From Methanomethylovorans hollandica DSM 15978 (GTDB lineage Archaea > Halobacteriota > Methanosarcinia > Methanosarcinales > Methanosarcinaceae), in contig NC_019977.1 in the NCBI RefSeq assembly GCF_000328665.1, positions 1,426,001 through 1,490,000 on the forward strand: DNA of 64,000 nt. Direction: 5' to 3'. Position 1 is the first letter of the stretch. Each line of letters begins with the position of its first letter. The notes below the pieces were generated by a model. The model was not told the DNA's origin. It saw only the letters and a program-made list of their open reading frames with translations, and searched no databases. A program made the position numbers and the translations under genes. Below are positions 48,876 through 58,492 of the stretch, in pieces.

Positions 48876-49302
48876 ACCAGACACCCCTGTACACAAGGCA
48901 TGGGTGGAAGCCTGATACTATTGTTATCTTGCTGGTCTCCCTCCGTTTTGTTCCTTAATCCTATCTGCATAATATGAAAATCAATACAATGTCTCATAAT
49001 ATAAATCTTTTTAATCAGCATCAAAAGTATATTGATAAAAGATTTAAAATATGTAGCAGCAATAGAGGAATCAAGGCTCAGCGGGCGTATATACCGGGCG
49101 CGGGGTATTTCCGGACAGCTGCCCGAAGGATTGTGAATTTGTTTTAAGTCCGCAAATTATCGGTTGTGTAGAGCAGCCGGTCCTGAGGGCACAGCAGTTG
49201 CCGCAAAATTTACCGCCGCTTACCGCCATTGTCCCGACGGGGGAGTAAAGGACCTGCCAGACTGCAATTCCTGGGGCGGGTTTGCAGCAGGCGGTCTTAA
49301 GA

Positions 49303-51204
49303 TCATGTGTTTCTTTTCTTTTTTCGATGCTCATATCCCAGGGCAATTGCTTCCAGCAACAGGAGGCCCGCGAAGAAGAGCCATACACCGGACAGATCTG
49401 TCGGCCCCTGCTCTGTTACGATCTCCCCCTGGGTAAGCGTGGTGTCCGTACCTCCGGGGATACCCTTCGCAGTACCCGCAGCAGTATCAGTGCCTGCAGC
49501 AGTACCCGCAAGAGATGCAGCTGCTTTTTCCGCCGTGATGGCAAATACCGAGAAACCCGATACATCTGACTCATATACCGTGTAATCCGCTGTGCTGTTA
49601 ACCAAGGTGACAGGCAGCAGTTCCCAGGCAGTGCCATCGTATCTCTGCAACCTTATGTCCTCTGGCTGTACATCCATATCTGCCATCCAGGCATTGTTTA
49701 CTTTGAATTGCACCCGAGGATCCCGGATGTTAGCCTCAGTGGCGAATTTGGCATTGCCCACCCAGATGTTAATGTATCTGTATACAAGCCCTGCAGGAGC
49801 GCTATTCACAAGCCTGGACCTGTTATGCAGCACTTCTATGGTGGACTTGATCTCGCCTGCATTCTTCAGGGCATAGAAACTAACCGCCTGGATGTCATTA
49901 CCAGGTCTTGTGAACTCATAGGTGACATCGGCATTCATTCTGACATATGCATTGGCTGCATCTTTAAGCGCAATATTCGCATAATCCTCACCGCTTCCGG
50001 CACTACCGCCGCCACCGCCTCCGCCACCACGGCTGCTGCTACTGCCACTGCTACTACCGCCTCCTCCCCCGCCTGCGCTGGTATCTGCAGAAGACGTTGT
50101 AAGACCGATACTGACAGCATATCCCTGTAGTCCGCTCACATTGTACGGGATCAGCGTGTAGTTATAGGCCGTACCGCTGCTCAGGTTACTGTCCACATAA
50201 GATGCCGATCCGGTCACATTGCCGAGGATGGCATCATCCCGGCCGATTTGCACCAGGGTAGTGTCATTGGAAGCTTCCCAGACCAGTGTTATGGAACTTT
50301 CCGTGACATTAGTTGAGATATTGTATATCCCGGGAAGCTGCAGGGTAGTGGCTGAGCCATTGGCCCACGCTGCACTGATGTTTCCGTACATATCCGCAGT
50401 ACATATGCTGATATTGTAGGTCATGCCTTCAGCAAGCTGCGTTGCATTGTAGTAGCTTTCGGAAGTATTTGTGACAAATGTACTGTTCATGTACACCATC
50501 ACATGACTGAAGTTTTGATCATCCGGCTTTACCCAGCTCCAGTTAAGCCAGCTTGCACCTGCGGATGTTACCTTTAGGTCCGTTACAGATAGGGAAATTA
50601 TATCCTCGGCTGTGATCCGGGATGCATCGAATATTTCCTCAGCCTCCAAAAGATCCGTAACGGCCTGCTGTACTTCCTCTGCAGTTGCATCGGCGTCATC
50701 AAGAGCGGTCTGAGCCATGTCAATGGCTGCATTTAATGCATCAATTGCGGATTGCGGGTATTGGTCTATGTCAGTGCCGATAGTTGCATTTTCCGCTTTG
50801 GCACTCACTGCAGTGATATTGGCTTGCAGTTCTGTTTTGTCAATTGCGGTTATCCTGGCTGCATCGAATATTTCCTCAGCTGCCAAAAGATCTGCAACTG
50901 CCTGCTGTACTGCCTCCGCAGTTGCATCGGTGTCATCAGCAACTGTTTGAGCTATGTCAATGGCTGCATTTAATGCATCAATTGCAGATTGCGGATATTG
51001 GTCTATGTCAGTACCGATAGTTGCATTTTCCGCTTTGGCACTCACTGCAGTGATAGTTGATGTTAATTCGCCTTTATCAACAATTTCCTCTATAGCTATG
51101 CATGTTCCCATAGCCATTAGCGAAAACAAAAAAAAGATACAAAAATAACTTGCTCCTTTTCCAAGATAAGTAGATCTCTTCAATGTCATTTGTATTTGTA
51201 CCAC
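49303..51204 (-). CDS. Cell-surface protein: two FIVAR-like repeats, two FN3-like domains, Gly/Ser linker, PGF-pre-PGF domain, C-terminal TM anchor
   Basis: Signal peptide; 79-aa repeats; GGGGGSAGSGE...VYRYINIWVG...SGFSVFAIT; TM helix plus RKKKR tail. Confidence 0.85.
   Translation of the reverse strand: MVQIQMTLKRSTYLGKGASYFCIFFLFSLMAMGTCIAIEEIVDKGELTSTITAVSAKAENATIGTDIDQYPQSAIDALNAAIDIAQTVADDTDATAEAVQQAVADLLAAEEIFDAARITAIDKTELQANITAVSAKAENATIGTDIDQYPQSAIDALNAAIDMAQTALDDADATAEEVQQAVTDLLEAEEIFDASRITAEDIISLSVTDLKVTSAGASWLNWSWVKPDDQNFSHVMVYMNSTFVTNTSESYYNATQLAEGMTYNISICTADMYGNISAAWANGSATTLQLPGIYNISTNVTESSITLVWEASNDTTLVQIGRDDAILGNVTGSASYVDSNLSSGTAYNYTLIPYNVSGLQGYAVSIGLTTSSADTSAGGGGGGSSSGSSSSRGGGGGGGGSAGSGEDYANIALKDAANAYVRMNADVTYEFTRPGNDIQAVSFYALKNAGEIKSTIEVLHNRSRLVNSAPAGLVYRYINIWVGNAKFATEANIRDPRVQFKVNNAWMADMDVQPEDIRLQRYDGTAWELLPVTLVNSTADYTVYESDVSGFSVFAITAEKAAASLAGTAAGTDTAAGTAKGIPGGTDTTLTQGEIVTEQGPTDLSGVWLFFAGLLLLEAIALGYEHRKKKRNT
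50608..51081 (-). repeat. Intragenic tandem duplication, 2 x 237 bp
   Basis: GCATCGAATATTTCCTCAGC at 50624 and 50861; 79-aa protein repeat. Confidence 0.9.
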
Positions 51205-51712
51205 CGGTTCTGAGGATATGTATTTTAAGTCAGTTCTCTTTTTTATTATGATGATGATGGTACGTTGTTCTTAACACTATTTAACTTTGTTCAAAAAACT
51301 TAGTTTCGGAATATATTTCATGGGTTCTGTGTAAGGGCCAAAAAAGTAAAACAAAAATTATGAAATAAAAAAGGAACATGCCGAAAAAAGAGTTCAGCAG
51401 TGCATGTAAATGTTTGTTATATGAAATTTCTGCAAGGTGCTTTGTAACACGTCAGGAATTATAGGCTGCGTAAACATGGAGGCGGTACTTCCCGCAGTAT
51501 TTATCGCCATTGTCCTGGGTGCAGGTGGCTGAGTAGGAGTCTGCAAAACCGCACCTGTGATAGAACTTGCACTTCATGTTAGCATTTACTCCTGGTCAGG
51601 TGTTGTATCATTAACATAATATATAATTAACATTATAAATATTTGTGTTTTTTTATATTCAGTCACAGCTGGATATGGAAGGTGTTGACAATTAGATCTT
51701 GTAAGGGACGCA

Positions 51713-51920
51713 TACAATTTTCATTACCGCAAAGACGCAAAGGAGAAAATAACAATCTTTGCGCCTTTGCGTCTTTGCGTTAAAATGATTTCGCAGTAAC
51801 AAATGAATTGAAACAAAAACAACAACGGAGAGAAATCTAATTTAAGTTATGAAGAACTTTGCGTTTTTAACTGAATTAACTAAGAAAGCTTTGCACCCTG
51901 GCGATAAAATGCTTTACAGA
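51713..51920 (+). repeat. Octamer-unit palindromic repeat, one well-formed copy plus a partial copy
   Basis: TACAATTTTCATTACCGCAAAGACGCAAAGG...CTTTGCGCCTTTGCGTCTTTGCGTTAAAATGATTTCGCAGTAAC. Confidence 0.88.
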
Positions 51921-51943
51921 AAAAAGTAACAGGGATCAAAACA

Positions 51944-53205
51944 GTCAACTACCAACGACTAAAGTCGTTGGCTTGTAATTAAGTACCTTAAATACTCACT
52001 ACGTTCGGCTGGTTGACAGGCAGCCTACTCAGACAAGATGTACCCGACTGAGCAATGTTTCGAGCAGCATTAAGATCAGCATGTAATTGGAGTCCACAGT
52101 TATGGCAACGATAAGCATTACCGTTCCTGTTCTCTTTCAGAATGTTCCCACATCTGGAACACTTCTGACTGGAGAATCTAGGATCAACGGTAATTACAAG
52201 TTTACCAACAGCTTCAGCTTTATATCGGATAAACTGTTCAAGCTGGTAAAAACTCCAGTTGTTCAATTTACGAGTAAAATTCTTACCACGTCTTGTCTGA
52301 ACTCGAATACTAGTAAGATCTTCAAGAGCAAATACATTATAAGGCATTGCCACGATTTCCTTAGAAATACAGTGGTTAACGTCTTTCACAAACCGTCTTT
52401 CTTTTCCGCTGATCTTCTTCAAAAGTTGTTTAGCGGACTTAGTGCCTTTGGATTGAAGTTTCTGCCTGATATATGCGTATTTTGCTCTCACTGCTTTGAT
52501 TTGAAAACCATTAAAGAATTTATTGTTAGAACATACAGCTACATTGACTATTCCTCTATCTATCCCAAGCACTTTATTTCCAGATTGTTTAGGAGATTCT
52601 GTACGCATCACAAGATGCAACCAAAACTCATTCTTCTGTTGGATATACTTGATAGTAGAGGATTGTACAGACCAATTGAGATACTTACTATAATATTCAG
52701 GAATAGTATAGGTTGCTTCGATTCTGCCAGCAATGGTAGACATTGTAGCAAACATGTGTTTCAGAACAACCCTAAGCGTTCTCTGGTTAAATCTGGCTGC
52801 TGCAAGTGGTTTAGCAACAGGAAGTATTTTCAGCTTAACGCCTTTAAGAGCTTCCGCTGCAACATCCCTGGCAGCCTGTACCAAAGAACTATTCAGTTCT
52901 GGAAACTGTTCGCGAATAGAATAGTATGTAGCATGGTGGATAATTATCTTAGAACTAGTATGGTGTTCAAAACCATAGTTAGCAGCTATGTTAACTGCTT
53001 TATTATACATCATAATAGTTTCTTTAAGTTTAGGCTCGTCAATTTCATTGAGTCTAAGTCTAAGTTTTATGGTCCTATCCACCTTCATATGTACAAGATA
53101 ATACTATATATAACCAACGTCAAGAGGTGCACAAGAGGTGAGGGTTCGTTTTCTCCAACGACTAAAGTCGTTGGTCTCCACGACCCTCTGCACTCCCATT
53201 TATCA
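51944..53205 (-). mobile_element. IS200/IS605-family (IS1341-type) element 4
   Basis: Hairpin CCAACGACTAAAGTCGTTGG at both ends; right end TTGAC on the minus strand; left boundary approximate. Confidence 0.82.
51988..53088 (-). CDS. tnpB: RNA-guided endonuclease TnpB
   Basis: GIDRG / ALEDL / HADLNAA RuvC; CSRC-CHNC. Confidence 0.95.
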   Translation of the reverse strand: MKVDRTIKLRLRLNEIDEPKLKETIMMYNKAVNIAANYGFEHHTSSKIIIHHATYYSIREQFPELNSSLVQAARDVAAEALKGVKLKILPVAKPLAAARFNQRTLRVVLKHMFATMSTIAGRIEATYTIPEYYSKYLNWSVQSSTIKYIQQKNEFWLHLVMRTESPKQSGNKVLGIDRGIVNVAVCSNNKFFNGFQIKAVRAKYAYIRQKLQSKGTKSAKQLLKKISGKERRFVKDVNHCISKEIVAMPYNVFALEDLTSIRVQTRRGKNFTRKLNNWSFYQLEQFIRYKAEAVGKLVITVDPRFSSQKCSRCGNILKENRNGNAYRCHNCGLQLHADLNAARNIAQSGTSCLSRLPVNQPNVVSI

Positions 53206-53220
53206 TGATCTGAATTTTTT

Positions 53221-53814
53221 TCAGTCCTCGCGCTTAAATGGATCATACGTGAACCCGAAGCCCAGGTATCTCAGGGACAGGAAGGCCATGAGCACCACAA
53301 GGACGAAAGAGAGCAATCCTGCAAGGGCTGTAACATAGTACATGACACCCATTGCTGACAAGCCGGTATTCAGATACGGGAAGAGACTGAAGGGCTCGTT
53401 GTACAGCGGATACAGATACGTGATGATACCATTGTCCATGTCGTCCAGCAGCAGATGAGAGAGCGAAGCTGCCTCTGCGAATACTCCTACGGCCAGAGCT
53501 TTGTGCCACTGCCTGTACAGCACCATACCAGGTAAGACGCCGCCCACAAAGGCAATGCTGGCGAATAATAATGAATGCGTGGGCAGGGTACCTATGTTAC
53601 AGTGATCACCCCGGGCACCGTACAGGAGCAGATTGATGACCGCAGATATATCCGGGAACAGCGAGAAAAAGCTGCCTATACCAAACAATACCAGGAAATA
53701 CCACCAGTCGCTGCGCTGTAGCTTGCCCCGGCGGAAAGCTTTTGCAAAACCATACAATGCTATCGGAAACAGCAGTAATACGAAGAATATCAGATGTCCT
53801 GCAGGATATGGCAT
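53221..53814 (-). CDS. Membrane-bound metal-dependent hydrolase (YdjM/DUF457-like), paralog 1
   Basis: H...SLFPD...THSL...SHLLLD...YLYP motifs. Confidence 0.85.
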   Translation of the reverse strand: MPYPAGHLIFFVLLLFPIALYGFAKAFRRGKLQRSDWWYFLVLFGIGSFFSLFPDISAVINLLLYGARGDHCNIGTLPTHSLLFASIAFVGGVLPGMVLYRQWHKALAVGVFAEAASLSHLLLDDMDNGIITYLYPLYNEPFSLFPYLNTGLSAMGVMYYVTALAGLLSFVLVVLMAFLSLRYLGFGFTYDPFKRED

Positions 53815-53922
53815 ATGGATATATATAACTAAAATATTTTATAATCCTATCGGTCAGTTCTATCATAAACGAACAATTTCCGCAAAAGAATGCAATGTGG
53901 TTTGGAAAAGTACAGTTATTTA

Positions 53923-54996
53923 TAGTCAATTACTTAACTTTTCTAACTTATTATTTAGGAACTTTTCGATCCATTTTCTTGCGAAACTAAGCTTTGATGA
54001 ACAACTGATAAACGTTTCAGCAATCAGATTTTTCATGTGGCCTAGATCTTTCACAAAATTACAAGAAATGACTCTTTTGATGCTCTTCCATATGAATTCT
54101 ATGGGGTTCAAGTCTGGCGAATATGGAGGTAAATAAACCAATTCGATATCATTTGCCAGTGCAAAATTCACTGTATCTTTTGCTCGATGTGATCTGAAAT
54201 TATCAAGAATGACTACAATTCTCTTTCCCATATTACTGTTTTTGACAGTTGATAGAAATAAGCATACATCTTCTTTAGTTGAATGCTCCTTAAAATCAAT
54301 AACAGAATTACCATTCAATGCATAAAACCCGAAGGAGTTTGCTTTTAGCCGGGTTGTGTTTTTAAACATAACTGGTTTGTCGAAAGACCATAGACGAACT
54401 GTATTTGCTGTTGTCTGCGGTGATGATTCATCAAGAAAACCAATTACACAATCCCTCTCAATCACGGGTAAGTTTTTTTAAACTATCTTCTGCATCTTCT
54501 GGCCTTCTGTAATCATGCGAATATGGTTTGGCATGATGCATGCCAAACTTTTTTAAGATCTCCAATATTTGTTTACCTGTATATATGACATTGAACCTAT
54601 TGAAAATAAGTTCCTTAACTTCTTTTGTTGACCAATCATCCCTCTGATGTAAAATCTCTTTTAATTCCTCTTTTTGTTCATCCAAAAGTTTGGAAGGACA
54701 ACCTCCAGCAAACCGAGGTATCAAACCATCATAGCCATCCTTGTTCCAACGTTCTTGCCACTGATAAGCTACAGGTTTAGAGGTTCCTACGAGCTTGGCG
54801 GATTCTGCAACAGAAGCACCTTCATAGCGATGTTTAACAAAATAAAGACGCTGTAATACTCTTGTGTCTTTTTCTAATGACTTTATTCTTTTAAGCAATT
54901 CCTCGGATGAAAGATGATGTTCAATTGGAATTTGTTCAGGTTTAGCCATAATCTATTATTAGGTGCAGTAAGTAATAAAAGTTTGGTTAGCAACTA
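53923..54996 (-). mobile_element. IS630-family insertion sequence
   Basis: Flanking TA dinucleotides; imperfect IRs TAGTCAATTACTTAACTTTT / TAGTTGCTAACCAAACTTTT. Confidence 0.82.
53926..54949 (-). CDS. IS630 transposase, two overlapping ORFs joined by a -1 frameshift
   Basis: ORF A is HTH (54458-54949); ORF B has FLDES, ILDNFRSH, LPPYSPDLNPIE; TTTAAAAAAAC at the junction. Confidence 0.9.
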
Positions 54997-55024
54997 TAAT
55001 TTCCAAAGTGTGGACAGCATGTAC

Positions 55025-55675
55025 CTATTTAAATGAGTAGCCAGGCGGCATAGCAGTTTTACCAGATGTATTTTCTCTCTCATTGGTCCTTGCTGCAAGA
55101 GGTTGGTACTTATACCCAAAGCCCAGATAGTTCAGGGACCATATGGTCATCAGCAGTATAGATGATATGATCATGACAGTGACCATGCCAGCCAGGTTAT
55201 AGTACATGAAGTTCACCTCTGACAGATCAATGTTCATATAGGAGAACAGGTTCATGGATCCGCTGTAGAATGGATATAAATAACTTATACCAGCACCGGC
55301 CACATCGTCCAGCAGCAGATGCGAAAGGGAAGCAGCCCAGGTAAATACACCCAAAGCCACAGCTTTGCCCCTATGCATGTATAGCAGCTGGCCCAGCAGG
55401 GCTGTACTGAAGAAAGCAAGGCTACAGAACACTAAAGAATGGGTGGGTATTGGCCCTGCCATGGTGTGTTCCAGATTACCGTGCAGCAGGTAATTCCACA
55501 CAGCGGGTATATCCGGCAGCAATGAGAAAAAACCTCCAAGGATTAGCAGCAATATCAAATGCCACCAATCGGTCCAATGCACTCCCTCCCTGCGGGCAGT
55601 GTTTACAAAACCGTATAAAGCAGATGACGATAAACAAAACACGAAGAACATCAGATGCACGACTGGATATGGCAT
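55025..55675 (-). CDS. Membrane-bound metal-dependent hydrolase (YdjM/DUF457-like), paralog 2
   Basis: MPYPVVH...SLLPD...PTHSL...SHLLLDD...YLYP; clearly paralogous to 53221-53814. Confidence 0.85.
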   Translation of the reverse strand: MPYPVVHLMFFVFCLSSSALYGFVNTARREGVHWTDWWHLILLLILGGFFSLLPDIPAVWNYLLHGNLEHTMAGPIPTHSLVFCSLAFFSTALLGQLLYMHRGKAVALGVFTWAASLSHLLLDDVAGAGISYLYPFYSGSMNLFSYMNIDLSEVNFMYYNLAGMVTVMIISSILLMTIWSLNYLGFGYKYQPLAARTNERENTSGKTAMPPGYSFK

Positions 55676-55841
55676 ATGCTATAAAATTGATCTGAACATT
55701 TAATAATTTAATGTATTGATCCCCGCAGAAAAATGAATTGTATATCCTTAACGATTGTAATGCAATATGCATTACCTTATATTTCCACAGCTTCCGCATC
55801 CTGTCTGACCCTTCCCGGATACCCTCTTTGGGGACAGACTG

Positions 55842-57191
55842 GTGAACTACCCCTCCCTGCTTTCTGATGAAAGCGATGAAGGGGCTTCTTGTTTCATTCT
55901 TCGAACCACTGTTCGCAAGTCCACAAGCTCATCCCCTGCGTTCCACAGGTGTCAGATTACTATAAGATTTTGCTCTTGAATAGAGAATTTCTTGATATTG
56001 ATTGCAGCATTTATATCTCTGTCATGCTTTGTTTTGCAATCTGGACACGTCCAGTCCCTATCCGCAAGTGTTAGCTTTCCGTTATGATAGCCACACACAT
56101 TACAGATTCTTGTACTTGGCTCAAACTGTCCAATATGGAGTATGGTTTTTCCAAACCATTCAGCTTTGTATTCCAGTTTAGTTACAAAACTACCCCATCC
56201 AGCATCGGAAATTGATTGAGCAAGACAATGATTTTTTAACATACCTTTAACATTCAGAGTTTCCAGAGCTATTGCTTGGTTCTCGCTAATCAGTCTAAAA
56301 GAGAGTTTATTCTGGAAATCATTTCTCTGATTTGCTATTTTGTCATGGAGTGATGCAAGTCTTTGTTTAGCCTTTGCTCTGTTCTGTGGGCCTTTCTGTT
56401 TCCTTGATACTCTTTTCTGTAATACCTTCAATCGCTGTAAGGAGTTCTTCAGATACTTTGGATTTTCAACTTTTTCTCCGTTTGAGAGAACAGCAAAGTC
56501 TTTGATACCTATATCTATTCCAATTGTAGTTGATTCTGAAAAGTTCTGCTTATTAGGAATTTGGTTTTCCATCTTCGACAAGAATACTTATATAATATTT
56601 TTCCGTACATGTCCTTGAAATGGTTGCGGTTTTAAGTTTACCTTCAAACCTTCTATGAAGTATGGTTTTGACTTCTCCTATTTTTGGGATCTTAATTATT
56701 TGCTTCTCGAAATCTACAGAGTAATGTTGTGGCATCTGATAAGACTGGACTGGGTTTTTTTAGATTTGAATTTGGGAAATCCTGCTTTCTCTCTAAAGAA
56801 TTTTGTAAATGCTGATTCTACATTTACTAAAGAGGCAAGCAGAGCCTGTGAATTAGCTTCTTTCAACCATTCATTAGAACGTTTCACTTCGTGGACTAAA
56901 ATGCGTTGCAAATCAAACCTTGATATTGATTCCTTAGTTTGTTCATAAGTTTTTATTTTCTGTCCTAAAGCCCAATTATATACAAATCTACACGCACCAA
57001 AATGAACTTTTATTATTTCCTCTTGTTTTTTGGTTGGGTAGATTCGGAATTTGTAGGCTTTTAACATATTATATAATATGGTTTAGAGATAGGTATAGGT
57101 TTCTCTAAACATGTTGTGTTATGACATGTACGCATTCACCTCCCACCTGCCAGCTTACGGCTGGCGAGGAAGGAGACTTCTGCTGTAGAAG
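55842..57191 (-). mobile_element. IS200/IS605-family element 5 (frameshifted tnpB)
   Basis: Right end GTGAACTACC as in element 2; left-end hairpin near 57135-57180; TTTAA outside the inferred left end. Confidence 0.85.
55952..57067 (-). pseudogene. tnpB: tnpB pseudogene with two frameshifts
   Basis: Three ORF pieces (56714-57067, 56553-56735, 55952-56581) collinear with TnpB at 25815-26927; breaks near 56755 and 56570. Confidence 0.92.
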
Positions 57192-57309
57192 TTAAACGAT
57201 ATATTATTTTTTATTTTACATTTATATTAATTAAACCATACAATCCTTACTATATACGTGCTCCAATTAAATAGGTTTATATGCAGTAAGATACTAATGA
57301 AAGATTTGT

Positions 57310-57585
57310 ATGTTGACCACTGTAGTATCTACAACAGCTGTAAACGCAGTATCATCTGCTACTACAACAGCTGCCGGAGCTATATCCATGACAACACCCA
57401 TGGGACTTTCTGAATATGGTGTGCTTGCCGTTATTGGATTAATAGCCTTTTTATCCGCAAAAGAAATACTATCTGCGTGCAGCAAATGGAACAGTAATAT
57501 TAACTGTATGCTGAATATGAGCATATTACCACTTCTGTTTTCCTTTGCTGCTATCGTTATATATAAGGTAGCAGAGATTATATAA
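57310..57585 (+). CDS. Small membrane protein (Thr/Ala-rich N-terminus, two TM helices)
   Basis: 91-aa ORF with two hydrophobic helices and AT-rich promoter-like sequence upstream. Confidence 0.7.
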   Translation: MLTTVVSTTAVNAVSSATTTAAGAISMTTPMGLSEYGVLAVIGLIAFLSAKEILSACSKWNSNINCMLNMSILPLLFSFAAIVIYKVAEII

Positions 57586-57713
57586 TCTCTTTTCTTACTA
57601 CCTTATATAGCATTTTTTTACTCTTGAAAGTGTATATTGATCAAGGCCTCAGTGTACTTGCAAGACGACATAAATGTTATAATTTACCTGTAATTTTGTT
57701 TAAAGGATAAATT

Positions 57714-57776
57714 CACTGGGTCTTTAGCTCAGAGGATATAAGCATGCATTCTAAGTATGCATTCGCCCCTGAGCTT
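57714..57776. mobile_element. Orphan IS605 left-end remnant forming a palindrome
   Basis: GTCTTTAGCTCAGAGGATATAAGC matches the reverse complement of the element 2 left end; second inverted piece CCCCTGAGCT. Confidence 0.7.
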
Positions 57777-57944
57777 GTAAGAAAGTCTTTTGATGCTGCC
57801 GTCAATGGACGCTTCTGCAGAATATCATCTTCTTGTAAATAGCTTCCGGAGAATATGAATGATCAATTAAAAATGGAGGATTGAAATCCTCTTTAATTTA
57901 TTAGAATTCTCTGTTGTTTTTAAATCTAAGATCATATTCATTCC

Positions 57945-58197
57945 TTAATGCAAATTATTTTTATCGCAAGGTCGCAAAGGCGCAAAGCTTGTTAGTTTCT
58001 TCTTGGCACCTTAGAGTCTTAGTGCCTTTGAGTTAATGAAAAATTGTGTACTTTACTCACTTAATTTTATTTTTAAAGCAACATAATACATGATTCAATT
58101 TTTATTTCTCTATCATTGATTTCTTACTGCAAAATATTTTTAACGTAAAGACTCAAGGGCGGAAAGACGCAAAGCTTGTTATTTGCCCTTGGCATTG
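57945..58197 (-). repeat. Octamer-unit palindromic repeat, two copies in reverse orientation
   Basis: Reverse complement reads TACACAATTTTTCATTAACTCAAAGGCACTAAG...CAAGCTTTGCGCCTTTGCGACCTTGCGATAAAAATAATTTGCATTAA. Confidence 0.85.
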
Positions 58198-58492
58198 ATT
58201 AAACTCTTTTTTAGGATTATATGGTATAAACGATTTGTTCTGATGTCTGGAAGAATCGTTTCACGATTATTCCCCCTGATATAAAGTCAGGCTTCAAGTC
58301 CGATGATAGCATTAACCCACATGGTAATGATATTGCATCCATAATGAGAACTCTGGTTTCTTATCTTCTATAGAAGCCCTGAAAATGTACTTCATAATCA
58401 GCATTGGTCATAGGATGTGTAAAAAAGCAGAAATAAAAAATAGAAGCTTGCTAAGATAATAAATAAAAGTAGGAGGTAGTTTACCTACTTAA

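Noticed and set aside
48259..48915. 218-aa plus-strand ORF
   Set aside because: Antisense shadow of the GT2 gene
22689..53088. Nuclease-dead TnpB (TldR-like) regulators
   Set aside because: All four intact TnpBs keep the three RuvC acidic residues
52087..53208. 373-aa plus-strand ORF
   Set aside because: Antisense shadow of tnpB element 4 with no recognisable motifs
54458..54485. IS630 transposase as a pseudogene
   Set aside because: The break lies at an A7 slippery run between the HTH and DDE ORFs, the usual programmed frameshift arrangement in IS630
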